Shown here: positions 46,336 to 55,701 of the stretch, in pieces
Numbering within the stretch: position 1 is the stretch's first letter
How the letters are laid out: each line of letters begins with the position of its first letter
NCBI GenBank assembly: GCA_964571725.1
Contig: CAZNDB010000001.1
Span: 322,544 to 386,543 of the forward strand
Direction of reading: 5' to 3'
Length of the DNA stretch: 64,000 bases
DNA from: an uncultured Candidatus Peribacteria bacterium
GTDB lineage: Bacteria > Patescibacteriota > Gracilibacteria > UBA1369
Notes under the pieces: generated by a model
The model's database searches: none
What the model was told of the DNA's origin: nothing
The model's input: only the letters and a program-made list of their open reading frames with translations
Program-made: the position numbers and the translations under genes

Positions 46336-46362
46336 TTAGCACTCCTGATTATAAAGTGCCAA
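46336..46362. promoter_or_regulatory. CIRCE-like inverted repeat (TTAGCACTC-N9-AAGTGCCAA) upstream of clpC
   Basis: Matches the HrcA operator consensus TTAGCACTC-N9-GAGTGCTAA at 16 of 18 arm positions. Confidence 0.6.
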
Positions 46363-46376
46363 TAATTATAAGTCAA
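46348..46376 (-). promoter_or_regulatory. near-consensus promoter (TTGACT-17-TATAAT) for clpC, overlapped by the CIRCE-like element
   Basis: On the minus strand, TTGACT is at 46376-46371 and TATAAT at 46353-46348, which lies inside the CIRCE spacer. Confidence 0.55.
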
Positions 46377-46395
46377 CTTCCGTCTTTCTAAACGG

Positions 46396-47739
46396 TTATT
46401 GCAATGTGGAGGCCATTTGTTTGAGCAGACCCTCATCGGATTTGTCGCCGCTCAAACGATATACTTTGCCCGACTTCTCAAAATAGAGCTCCACGCCCGA
46501 AGTTGTGGTTGCCCGAACCATGGAGACACCGCCGTATTCCGTGGTTTTTCCGTCCGGCATGCCGCCGCTTATTATGTCCAGAGTAATTTCTCCCGGAGAT
46601 TCTTCCAGCGGACTGCTGCCAAACTGGTAACTGCGTATGGCATCCGCTGACGCGGGTGACGTACTGCCGAAATAATAACTTTTGGGATACTGTATTGTGA
46701 AATTCTGCGATTCGCTCTTAAAAGTTTCAAACCCGCTTATGTTGGAGTCCGATGAAACACTGGCAATGTCCCCGTCTTCTTCCTGCCCGGGTTCAGAGGT
46801 TTCTTCAGTTGTATCTTCTTCGACAGTTGAGCTGTCTTCCTCTGGGGATTCCTGTTCGGTTTGACCGGATTCCGATTCATCGTTTACCTCTGGAGCTTCG
46901 TAATCTCCGCTGAAATCAACCGAGGCTAAAATGTCGTAAAACATATTTTGTTCCTCCACCAGATTCTGCTCTTCTTCATCCGCGTTAAAACTAACTTTAT
47001 AGCCCGCTTCGCCGACTTGGAAAAAATACACTATTTTTCTGCCGCCCAGTTCAGACTTCTTATAAGCTTCTATGGCTCTTTGGGTAATTTTGCTGCGGTT
47101 ATAGCCGCCCGCCAGTACGTCGGAAGAGTCCAGGCTTTGTATGCCCATAGCGGAAATCAATCCTTCTTTATCGCTGGAAATCTTATTCATGGCTATTTCT
47201 GTCAGAGGCTTGTCCTCCGCAGGGGCGGGAGTGGAGAGCTGAACGGATTCCGCATCTGTGTCTTCTTCAGGCTGGGGGATTTTTGTAATTAATATGCCGT
47301 CATGTTCTTCCACCTGATAATCATCCCTGTACTTGAAACTGAGATTAAGATTTTCCGAGTTGTAATCCAGCCATTGGGGCAGTTGATCGTCAATGGCCCC
47401 CTCCGTATCTATAATATCAATACTGTCCACGGTCATGACCTGATTACCGTCGGTAGTTCGCAGAATTTCCCCCATAACCTCCACTTCTTTTCCTGAATAC
47501 TTTTCACTCTTCAGGTCCACGAGTGAGCTTTTCAGGGCCAGAGTTTTTCCGTCATCCATTCTCAAAAGATGCGTGGCCTGGCTGGACGTGAACGCGCCCC
47601 CCAGTGATTGTAATATGCCAATCCGTCTTTCCTGATTGAGAGTCATTTTTCTCACCTCCTCGGGATTGGGCGTTTTGTTTCCCGAGCATCCTGTAAACAA
47701 CAAAGTGGCGATAATTGTTAAAAACAATATTTTTTTCAT
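46396..47739 (-). CDS. hypothetical lipoprotein (447 aa)
   Basis: MKKILFLTIIATLLFTGCSG lipobox and an acidic low-complexity segment. Overlaps ruvB by 4 nt. Confidence 0.7.
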   Translation of the reverse strand: MKKILFLTIIATLLFTGCSGNKTPNPEEVRKMTLNQERRIGILQSLGGAFTSSQATHLLRMDDGKTLALKSSLVDLKSEKYSGKEVEVMGEILRTTDGNQVMTVDSIDIIDTEGAIDDQLPQWLDYNSENLNLSFKYRDDYQVEEHDGILITKIPQPEEDTDAESVQLSTPAPAEDKPLTEIAMNKISSDKEGLISAMGIQSLDSSDVLAGGYNRSKITQRAIEAYKKSELGGRKIVYFFQVGEAGYKVSFNADEEEQNLVEEQNMFYDILASVDFSGDYEAPEVNDESESGQTEQESPEEDSSTVEEDTTEETSEPGQEEDGDIASVSSDSNISGFETFKSESQNFTIQYPKSYYFGSTSPASADAIRSYQFGSSPLEESPGEITLDIISGGMPDGKTTEYGGVSMVRATTTSGVELYFEKSGKVYRLSGDKSDEGLLKQMASTLQ

Positions 47740-48788
47740 TTTTTGGTTTTTACGGTATTTAAATTGTCCAGACCCAGATGCTGGTAGGCTCTTTCCGAAG
47801 CGGTTCTACCTCTATTGGTGCGCTCTATCATGCCCAATTGCAGTAAATAGGGCTCATATACGTCTTCAATTGTGCCCTCATCGTCGCTGGTTGCCGCAGC
47901 GATGCTTCCCAGTCCCACCGGGCCTCCGTGGAATTTTTCAATAATGGTCGACAGAATTAGTCTGTCAGTTTCTTCCAGCCCAAGCTCATCGATTCCCAAA
48001 AGATTTAGACAGTTCCTTACTATTTTGGCATCAATCTCCTGATGTTGATGGACCAGTGAAAAGTCTCTGACTCGCTTTAACAGTCTGTTGGCAATTCTGG
48101 GCGTTTGTCTGGATGACCTGGCCAGCAATTGGGCCGCATTATCCTGTATGGATATGTTAAGTTTAGCGGCAGAGCGATTGATAATTTCCGTAATTTCTTC
48201 AACTGAATAAAACTGCAGTTTATAGATCGCGCCAAAACGATCCCTGAGCGGTGAGGAAAGCATGCTTACCTTGGTGGTGGCGCCAACCAGTGTAAACCTG
48301 GGCAATTTCAATCTCATCGTTTTGGCGGCAGGCCCTTTGCCTATTACCAGATCGATGGCAAAGTCTTCCATGGCCGAGTAAAGAATTTCTTCAATAGCGG
48401 GCTTTAACCTGTGGATTTCATCAATAAACAGGATATCATTCTCTTTTAAATTGGTGATAATTGAGGCAATGTCGCCCTGTTTTTCCAGAGCAGGTCCGGA
48501 GGTAATCCTGACGCTGGCTCCTACCTCATTACCGATTATATTGGCCAGGGTGGTCTTACCCAATCCCGGAGGACCATACAATAAAACATGATCAAGCGGC
48601 TCCTTCCTTAGTTTGGAGGACTCAATCAAATAATTCAGATTGGTCTTTATTTCAGCCTGTCCGACATATTCCCCCAACACTTTGGGCCGCAGACTGGTAT
48701 CCAGCTTGTTGTCCGTTTCAGAAACCGCGACTGAATCCAGCACGGCTTCAGTACCACTTTTTTTATTGGAGAATCTCTTGATTGTCAC
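47736..48788 (-). CDS. ruvB: Holliday junction branch migration helicase RuvB
   Basis: 350 aa. LRP..L.EY.GQ, Walker A GPPGLGKTT and DEIHRL are canonical for RuvB. Confidence 0.95.
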   Translation of the reverse strand: MTIKRFSNKKSGTEAVLDSVAVSETDNKLDTSLRPKVLGEYVGQAEIKTNLNYLIESSKLRKEPLDHVLLYGPPGLGKTTLANIIGNEVGASVRITSGPALEKQGDIASIITNLKENDILFIDEIHRLKPAIEEILYSAMEDFAIDLVIGKGPAAKTMRLKLPRFTLVGATTKVSMLSSPLRDRFGAIYKLQFYSVEEITEIINRSAAKLNISIQDNAAQLLARSSRQTPRIANRLLKRVRDFSLVHQHQEIDAKIVRNCLNLLGIDELGLEETDRLILSTIIEKFHGGPVGLGSIAAATSDDEGTIEDVYEPYLLQLGMIERTNRGRTASERAYQHLGLDNLNTVKTKK

Positions 48789-48824
48789 TGCTCGAAGTTA
48801 ATTTGCCCTGGCAATATAGCAAAT

Positions 48825-49406
48825 TTAATTCTTTGAAGCTACTTTACTAGCCGGGGATTCGATATTCTGACTAATTGTGAAGGCATCGGAAGCCTTGGCG
48901 GCCGGCGTATGTTCATGCAGGGCAGCATGTTTCCGTGCCAGGTTGACCACAAAAAATTTGATTTCTTCCGGATCGGGCGCCTCCGTAAAGATCATGACGG
49001 TTTTGGTGGAAGACGTTTCAATCTTGAACAAGCCGAAATCGAACCATTTAATTTTTGACAGGAACCCGTTTTCAACGGAACTGATATCCTGGATGTCATC
49101 CAGGGCGGCCTGAGTTTCCAGGTACTTAAACAGATTAATCCAGTCCAGATGAACGATTCTTTGATTGGTTATGACCAGCGTATCCAGATAATACATCAGG
49201 GAATCATAGAACTGTATCAGCGCGAACAGCACAAAAATTGAAGTCATAATAATCATGTCCAGCCAGTTGGGTGAGATAAAACTGAAAATATAGGCCAGCA
49301 TAAAAAAAGGCAGACTGGCCAGCCAGATTTTTACGGCTCTGGTGACAAAGAAAAGTTTATGATGATGATAAACTTTTACGATTTTTTCGTTAGACTGAAG
49401 TTTCAT
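48825..49406 (-). CDS. membrane protein with bacterial PH-like (YdbS/DUF304-type) domain
   Basis: 193 aa with two TM helices followed by a segment of the ITNQRIV...type. Confidence 0.55.
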   Translation of the reverse strand: MKLQSNEKIVKVYHHHKLFFVTRAVKIWLASLPFFMLAYIFSFISPNWLDMIIMTSIFVLFALIQFYDSLMYYLDTLVITNQRIVHLDWINLFKYLETQAALDDIQDISSVENGFLSKIKWFDFGLFKIETSSTKTVMIFTEAPDPEEIKFFVVNLARKHAALHEHTPAAKASDAFTISQNIESPASKVASKN

Positions 49407-49483
49407 GTATTTGCCAAATTAAACTAAAGCAAATATTAACACAATTCCCTTAAAAAGCAATTATTTGGAAGATACATTTAAAA

Positions 49484-49560
49484 TGGTGCGCCCGACACGA
49501 TTTGAACGTGTGACCTTTGCCTTAGAAGGGCACTGCTCTATCCAACTGAGCTACGGGCGC
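49484..49560 (-). tRNA. tRNA-Arg (anticodon TCT), encoded CCA
   Basis: Reverse complement is GCGCCCGTAGCTCAGTTGGATAGAGCAGTGCCCTTCTAAGGCAAAGGTCACACGTTCAAATCGTGTCGGGCGCACCA. It folds as a cloverleaf with anticodon loop CTTCTAA. Confidence 0.9.
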
Positions 49561-49608
49561 ATAGCGTAGACGATATTAATTAACACCGCAGCTTAAATCA
49601 ACTGAAAA

Positions 49609-51561
49609 TTATACCTGGCTGTAAAAATTGGCGATTTGATCCAGACTTACCACCAGGTTATTTTCAAATTTAATTTTCCCGCTGGCCTGCATCAGGATAG
49701 TCTTATAGAGGATTTGGGCAACCTCGGCCCTGGTCATGTTTTCATTGGGCCTGAATTTATTGGTGCTGGAATCAATCAGGTTTTTATCTTTGGCCAGCGC
49801 CACATAAGAATAAAACCACTCATTGCCGGCGACATCCGCGTAGGGCTGTTTCACTGTGACATAATCTTTTCCGTTGAATCCGGAGGCTTCCATCAGCATT
49901 TTAATAAACTCAGCTCTGGTCACAGAATTGGCCGGTTTGAAAAGATTTCCCGGATAGCCCTTTACCACACCTTCATTTTGGGCAGCGGCAATGTATCGGG
50001 CGTACCAGGCTTTCGAATCGGTATCACTGAATTCCAGAACCGCTTTGGGTTTAACTTCTTTGTTTAAACCTTCGTAAATAAATTTTAAGGCTTCCACCCG
50101 TGATACGTTGCTTTCCGGCTTAAAAGATCCGTCCGGGTAGCCTCTGACTATATCATTGTTTTTCAGGAAGTTGATTGCCACAAAACTCTCATCGTTCTGG
50201 TCCAGATCTGTAAATCCGCTTTCCTGCAATATTTCAGACGTTTTGGTAATATCGCCCATCGTAGCACTTACTCTGATCCCGAAACCGGCGTTTGGCGTCA
50301 AGGTGAATTCTGCTACCCCCTCGGCAAAATCCTGGCCGTTGAGGTAGGATTTGTTCAGGGTGGCACTGCCGTTTTCAACTTTTAGATAAACTTCATTGTC
50401 GGGTTTAAAATTCGTTATAATTTGGCCGTCTTTATCCAGGGCCAGCAATTTGAAGGTCTGTGCGGTTCCGATCTTGAATGAACTATTATATTTTAGCTCA
50501 AAATCAGCCAGTTCCTGACCCGCTGGGGTAACATCTACCGTTGGTTGTACAGATACATTGACCGGTTGCACCGGATCCGACGGGGCAACATCGATTGGAG
50601 GAAGTTCGTCGGTAGTAGTGGCCGTGTTGGTGGAAGTCGGCTCTACGGGTGTGTTTACTGTGGGTTGAACCGTAGTTGTAGACGTTGTTCCGGAAGATGA
50701 ATAATTTCTATATTTCTGAACGTAAACCATCGGACTGATAGTTGTGGCCAGGGCTTTTTCCTTTCCCAGCCCGGCATTCACCGCTTCCCAGAAACTCAGG
50801 CCGGCGTCGGCAGCCTCCTTGGAGGTATAAGGCCAGTATAAATGCCAGGGAGCCTGATCGTTATCTATCTGGAAGTGAACGTGGGGCGTGGTCGTGGTCC
50901 CCGAGTTACCGCTGTAACCGATCAATTGCCCCTTGCTGACCAGATCACCTTCGGCTACGGAAAGAGAGGACATGTGACCATATCCCGAATAATAAGTGGT
51001 GAGCGAATTGGGATTATCGATTGAGGGTACATTATCGTGTCTTAATACAACATGGTTCCCGTAGCCGCCCGTCGAGTTGACGGCCTTGAAAACTACGGCA
51101 TTGGCAATGGCATAAACCGGTGTACCGTAGGGTATTTTAATATCAACCGCCAAGTGGCTTCCGGCATACTCCTGACCGTCCAGTTTATAATTGCCCATAT
51201 AGGGAGTGCTGAAAGTCACCTGGGCGTTTCTGATGGCTTTGTCTGAAGCTTTGGAAAAATCGAGACTGGAAAAGGGGACTGTCAGTTGGCTTGGTATGTA
51301 ATCGGGGAGGTCAATAAATTTGTTCAGGGGGATCTGATCATAGCTGGCTTTCCATTCCGTAGTTGAAAGATCAACCCAACTGGGTGCTCTTTTGATGGGA
51401 GCGGTGGTTCCGTCAAAAGCCGCCGATTGTTTTCCCGCCAGAAGATTTGCCTGAAAATCCAGTACGCCGGCATTCATTAAAGTGCCGGTTATGGCGAAAA
51501 CCAAAACAACTCCGATTATCTGCTGTACATTTTTTTTCAAAAATTTCCTTAGCTTTTGCAT
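49609..51561 (-). CDS. M23 metallopeptidase with Thr/Pro linker and three C-terminal SLH domains
   Basis: 650 aa. N-terminal anchor; M23 motifs (HLAVDI, TPHVHFQI). The C-terminal repeats FTDL...A...L....I..GYPDG.F.P...V.R.E are of the S-layer-homology type. Confidence 0.85.
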   Translation of the reverse strand: MQKLRKFLKKNVQQIIGVVLVFAITGTLMNAGVLDFQANLLAGKQSAAFDGTTAPIKRAPSWVDLSTTEWKASYDQIPLNKFIDLPDYIPSQLTVPFSSLDFSKASDKAIRNAQVTFSTPYMGNYKLDGQEYAGSHLAVDIKIPYGTPVYAIANAVVFKAVNSTGGYGNHVVLRHDNVPSIDNPNSLTTYYSGYGHMSSLSVAEGDLVSKGQLIGYSGNSGTTTTPHVHFQIDNDQAPWHLYWPYTSKEAADAGLSFWEAVNAGLGKEKALATTISPMVYVQKYRNYSSSGTTSTTTVQPTVNTPVEPTSTNTATTTDELPPIDVAPSDPVQPVNVSVQPTVDVTPAGQELADFELKYNSSFKIGTAQTFKLLALDKDGQIITNFKPDNEVYLKVENGSATLNKSYLNGQDFAEGVAEFTLTPNAGFGIRVSATMGDITKTSEILQESGFTDLDQNDESFVAINFLKNNDIVRGYPDGSFKPESNVSRVEALKFIYEGLNKEVKPKAVLEFSDTDSKAWYARYIAAAQNEGVVKGYPGNLFKPANSVTRAEFIKMLMEASGFNGKDYVTVKQPYADVAGNEWFYSYVALAKDKNLIDSSTNKFRPNENMTRAEVAQILYKTILMQASGKIKFENNLVVSLDQIANFYSQV

Positions 51562-51634
51562 TTTTTTATTTTTGTTTTGTGTAAATATTCATTAAATTAT
51601 AGCTGAAATTGATGAATTATTCAATTAACTGGTC

Positions 51635-52099
51635 GTGAAAAAAACATTCAGGGTACAAAATCTTGCAGAACTGATAAAAGTGGCTCACTGGCTGAAAAAA
51701 GAAATTAAGGGGAACACCCTGCTGCTTTTGGAGGGATCTCTGGGCACCGGCAAGACCGCCCTGACCAAAAAACTGCTGCAACTTTACGGCTGGCCCGAAA
51801 ATAAAGTCAAAAGTCCGACTTTCAGCCTTATTAACCGCTATATTTGCCGGGAATATAACTTCTATCACCTTGATCTGTACAGACTGGAACAACATGACAC
51901 GTTTCTGCTGGAGGAAATGAAAGAATATCTGGCCGATCCCCAAGCGGTTCTGATTATCGAGTGGCCGGAAAAAATGGTCTTGGGGGAAATCTCCCCGCTG
52001 GCGGCCAAAATAATCCGGGTTGATTTGAGTTTTCTGCAAATAAATTTAAGAAAAATTGAAATTTGTGTTAACAATTCAGAAAACAAGCATTATTTATGA
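51635..52099 (+). CDS. tsaE: tRNA threonylcarbamoyladenosine biosynthesis ATPase TsaE
   Basis: 154 aa. Has the P-loop GSLGTGKT and downstream SPTF.L...Y and HLDLYRL motifs. GTG start. ATGA overlap with dnaE. Confidence 0.85.
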   Translation: MKKTFRVQNLAELIKVAHWLKKEIKGNTLLLLEGSLGTGKTALTKKLLQLYGWPENKVKSPTFSLINRYICREYNFYHLDLYRLEQHDTFLLEEMKEYLADPQAVLIIEWPEKMVLGEISPLAAKIIRVDLSFLQINLRKIEICVNNSENKHYL

Positions 52100-55000
52100 C
52101 TTTCGTCCATCTCAACACGCATTCCCATTACAGCCTGCTCGACGCGCTGGGCACGCCCAAGGATATTGTCAAAAAAGCCAAGGAGTTTGGTTGCGCGGCC
52201 GTAGGCATGACGGATAATTCCTATCTCTACGGCGCGGTTGAATTTTATAAGGGGGCCAAAGACGCCGGAATAAAGGCGATTATCGGGGCCGAGTTTTATA
52301 TCACAACCGGTTCGCGGTTCGAGCGGTCCTCCGATTCGGCCCACCAAACCTACCGCCTGACTCTGCTGGCGCAAAATGACGAAGGCTATCAAAATCTGCT
52401 GATGCTCAGTACGCTGGCTTCCCTGGAGGGGCTTCATCTTTATCCCAGAATCGACTTTGACCTGCTGGAAAAACATCATCGTGGACTGATTTGCCTGAGC
52501 GGCAGTAAATTTGGAGAACTGGCACAGCTTTTGTTACGCGGGGATGAAGCCGCGGCCCTGCAATTGACCAAAAAGTACAGGGATCTCTTCGGGGATAATT
52601 ATTATCTGGAAATTCAAAGACATCCGCAGGTTCCCGAATACAAGCAAATCGAACCGCTTCTGATCAAACTTGCCGGCGAACAGGGGATTCCTCTGGTTGC
52701 GACCCAGGGATCCCATTATCTGCGGCCGGAGGACGCGGGTCCGCATGACATTCTGCTGAGTATCGGTAATCAGACCAATATCAATGACTCCAACCGGGTT
52801 CGCTATGAGGGAGATTTCTCCCTGAAATCCCCTGAAGAAATGGAGGGGATTTTTTCCGACCTGCCCGAGGCCTGTCAAAACACTGTTACAATCGCTGAAA
52901 AATGTGAGCTTTCAATTAAGTTCGGGCAATATCTGATACCCAAATTCAAAACTCCCAACGGAGAGACTTCCAAGGAGTACTTAAGACTGCTCTGTCTGGA
53001 GGGCTTAAAAGAGCTGTACCCGGAAGACCGGCAGCCTCGGGCACTCAAGCAGCTGGATTACGAGCTGGATATAGTAGATAAAATGGGCTTTAACGACTAC
53101 TTCCTGATTGTCTGGGATTTTATCTTTTACGCCAAAACGCATGGAATTACCGTGGGGCCGGGCAGAGGTTCTGCGGCCGGTGCGATCATCGCCTATACGC
53201 TCAAAATTACTGAGCTGGATCCCATTGAACATCATCTGGTTTTTGAAAGGTTTTTGAATCCCGACCGCGTTTCCATGCCGGATATTGACATCGACTTTGC
53301 CGATCACCGCCGTCATGAAGTTTTGGAATACACTATCAATAAATACGGCAAGGATTGCGTGTCACAGGTCATTACCTATGGCACAATGTCAGCCAAGGCT
53401 GCGGTCAGGGACGTCGGGCGCGGCATGGGCTACCCTTATTCTGAGGTGGACAAAATAGCCAAAGCCGTACCACAACCTATCCAGGGCAAACACACCCCTT
53501 TAAAAATTTCTGTTGAGAAAGACCCCAATTTAAGTGAGATTTATAAGAACGATGCCCGCGCCAGAGCTCTTCTGGACAACGCCATCAGGCTGGAAGGCAC
53601 AGTCAGACACGCCGGTACGCATGCCTGCGCCGTAATCGTGGCAGACCGTCCGCTGGTCAACTTTACTCCTCTGCAAAAAGCCACCGATGGCAGTGATGGT
53701 ATAGTGACCCAATATTCAATGAAGTATCTGGAGGAAATCGGGCTTCTGAAAATGGACTTTTTGGGACTGAAAAACCTTACCATTATAGAAAAAGCCCTGG
53801 CCCTGATCGAAAAAAGAACCGGCGAAAAAATTGACATCACCAAACTGACGCTGGACGACCAGAAAACTTTTGAGTTGTTGCAGAGAGGCGACACCACCGG
53901 AGTATTTCAGCTGGAATCATCAGGCATGCGCAGATACATCAAAGAGCTCAAGCCGACCAGATTTGAAGATATCGTGGCCATGATATCGCTTTACCGTCCC
54001 GGACCGCTGGAATGGATTCCCGCCTATATAGAAGGTAAGCATAAGCCTGAAACCATCAAGTATCTGGATCCTTCTTTTGAGCCTATTCTAAAAGAGACCA
54101 ACGGAATCGCCATCTATCAGGAGCAGATTTTACTGATTGCACGTTTTTTTGCCGGATTCAGCCTCGGACAAGCCGATATTTTGCGCAGGGCGGTGGGCAA
54201 AAAGGACCCCAAAGCTTTGGCCGAACAGAAGGATAAATTTATTCAGGGGGCTATCAAGAGCGGACAGACCGAACAGCACGCCCGCCAGATCTTTGAAAAA
54301 GTGATCGAACCTTTTGCCGGTTATGGTTTCAACAAAGCTCATGCTGCCTGTTATGCCATGATTTCCTACCGAACTTCCTGGTTGAAATCGCATTATCCGA
54401 CAGAACTGATGGCGGCTCTTCTGACTTCTGACAGCGATAATACGGAAAAGATCGCCCAGGAAATGTCCGATTGCGAGGAAATGGGAGTGCAGGTTTTTCC
54501 TCCGTCAATTAATGAATCCGATTTGGCCTTTTCGGTGGAAGCCGAGGGGAAAATCAGATTTGGTCTGGGGGCAATAAAAGGCCTTGGTGAAGGCGCGATC
54601 CAACACATCATGGATGCACGTCGTCAATTCGGACCGTTTAAGAGCATTGAGGATCTGGCCCAACGTCTTCCCGGCCGTCTGATTAATAAAAAAACCATTG
54701 AATGTCTTGCCTATTCGGGAGCCCTGGATGAAATGGGAGACCGCCGGACCATTGCAGAAAATTATGAGGTTATTTCCGAATTCGCCAAAAACCTGGAAAA
54801 AGCCAAATCGTCCAATCAGGACCAGGGGGATTTGTTTGCATCGTTTTCGGACGATGCCGCATCAAATTTACAGCAGAAACTTAAATTAAAACCCTTCCCA
54901 CCCTTTGCCGTAATGGAGAAACTGAAAAAAGAAAAAGAATATCTCGGTCTATATGTTTCCTCCAGGCCTCTCAAAGGGCTTTCCAGATATCTGCACAACA

Positions 55001-55659
55001 AAGTAAAGTTTATTGGCGATTTCACTGAAAAGGATCTCAATAAAACTCACAAAATCGCCGGAATGCTGGTGTCTATCAGAACCGTAATCACCAAGTCCGG
55101 AACAGCCATGGCCTATGCCGAACTGGAGGACCCTACCAATAAAATTTCACTGGTGATCTTTCCCAAAATTTACGAACAATTTAAATTTAAGATCAGGGAG
55201 TACCAAATCTTCATTGTGGAAGGCAAGCTGGAGTGGCGCAGAGGCGAGTTGCAGTTTTCCGTCTATGGCATGAAAAACATTTCTCTGGAGACCATGCTCA
55301 AAAACGCCAATGATTCCGGTCTTTATGATCCCAATGAAAAAATCCAGAAAAAAACTCCCAATATTAACGTGGATAAAATTTTTCCTCAGGACGGGGGTAG
55401 CGGCGGGCGCAAAACGGAAAAACCGATTGCGGGATACAAGCATTTAACTTTAAATAACGACAAAATAACCATCAGAATACCGGCTAAATTCAAACCCCAG
55501 GACTTTACCAAACTAAAGGATCTTTTATCTACTTTAAATGGTGACCTTCCGGTGGAAATTCAGGTAAGGGAGGGGACAGATATTAAAATTCTTAAAACAC
55601 AGCTAAAAATCAACGCCAATGAAGAAAATTTGGCTTTGATTGAAAAATTCCTTGGATAA
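52096..55659 (+). CDS. dnaE: DNA polymerase III alpha subunit
   Basis: 1187 aa. Has an N-terminal PHP domain (FVHLNTHSHYSLLD) and a polymerase core (PDIDIDF), at canonical length. Confidence 0.95.
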   Translation: MTFVHLNTHSHYSLLDALGTPKDIVKKAKEFGCAAVGMTDNSYLYGAVEFYKGAKDAGIKAIIGAEFYITTGSRFERSSDSAHQTYRLTLLAQNDEGYQNLLMLSTLASLEGLHLYPRIDFDLLEKHHRGLICLSGSKFGELAQLLLRGDEAAALQLTKKYRDLFGDNYYLEIQRHPQVPEYKQIEPLLIKLAGEQGIPLVATQGSHYLRPEDAGPHDILLSIGNQTNINDSNRVRYEGDFSLKSPEEMEGIFSDLPEACQNTVTIAEKCELSIKFGQYLIPKFKTPNGETSKEYLRLLCLEGLKELYPEDRQPRALKQLDYELDIVDKMGFNDYFLIVWDFIFYAKTHGITVGPGRGSAAGAIIAYTLKITELDPIEHHLVFERFLNPDRVSMPDIDIDFADHRRHEVLEYTINKYGKDCVSQVITYGTMSAKAAVRDVGRGMGYPYSEVDKIAKAVPQPIQGKHTPLKISVEKDPNLSEIYKNDARARALLDNAIRLEGTVRHAGTHACAVIVADRPLVNFTPLQKATDGSDGIVTQYSMKYLEEIGLLKMDFLGLKNLTIIEKALALIEKRTGEKIDITKLTLDDQKTFELLQRGDTTGVFQLESSGMRRYIKELKPTRFEDIVAMISLYRPGPLEWIPAYIEGKHKPETIKYLDPSFEPILKETNGIAIYQEQILLIARFFAGFSLGQADILRRAVGKKDPKALAEQKDKFIQGAIKSGQTEQHARQIFEKVIEPFAGYGFNKAHAACYAMISYRTSWLKSHYPTELMAALLTSDSDNTEKIAQEMSDCEEMGVQVFPPSINESDLAFSVEAEGKIRFGLGAIKGLGEGAIQHIMDARRQFGPFKSIEDLAQRLPGRLINKKTIECLAYSGALDEMGDRRTIAENYEVISEFAKNLEKAKSSNQDQGDLFASFSDDAASNLQQKLKLKPFPPFAVMEKLKKEKEYLGLYVSSRPLKGLSRYLHNKVKFIGDFTEKDLNKTHKIAGMLVSIRTVITKSGTAMAYAELEDPTNKISLVIFPKIYEQFKFKIREYQIFIVEGKLEWRRGELQFSVYGMKNISLETMLKNANDSGLYDPNEKIQKKTPNINVDKIFPQDGGSGGRKTEKPIAGYKHLTLNNDKITIRIPAKFKPQDFTKLKDLLSTLNGDLPVEIQVREGTDIKILKTQLKINANEENLALIEKFLG

Positions 55660-55701
55660 ATAGGCAAAGCCATTATAATTCAGTCACAGCAAATAAAATT
55701 T

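Noticed and set aside
46211-46395. CtsR operator (GGTCAAA direct repeat), which is expected upstream of clpC in Gram-positive bacteria.
   Set aside because: No such repeat appears on either strand. Only the CIRCE-like element is present.
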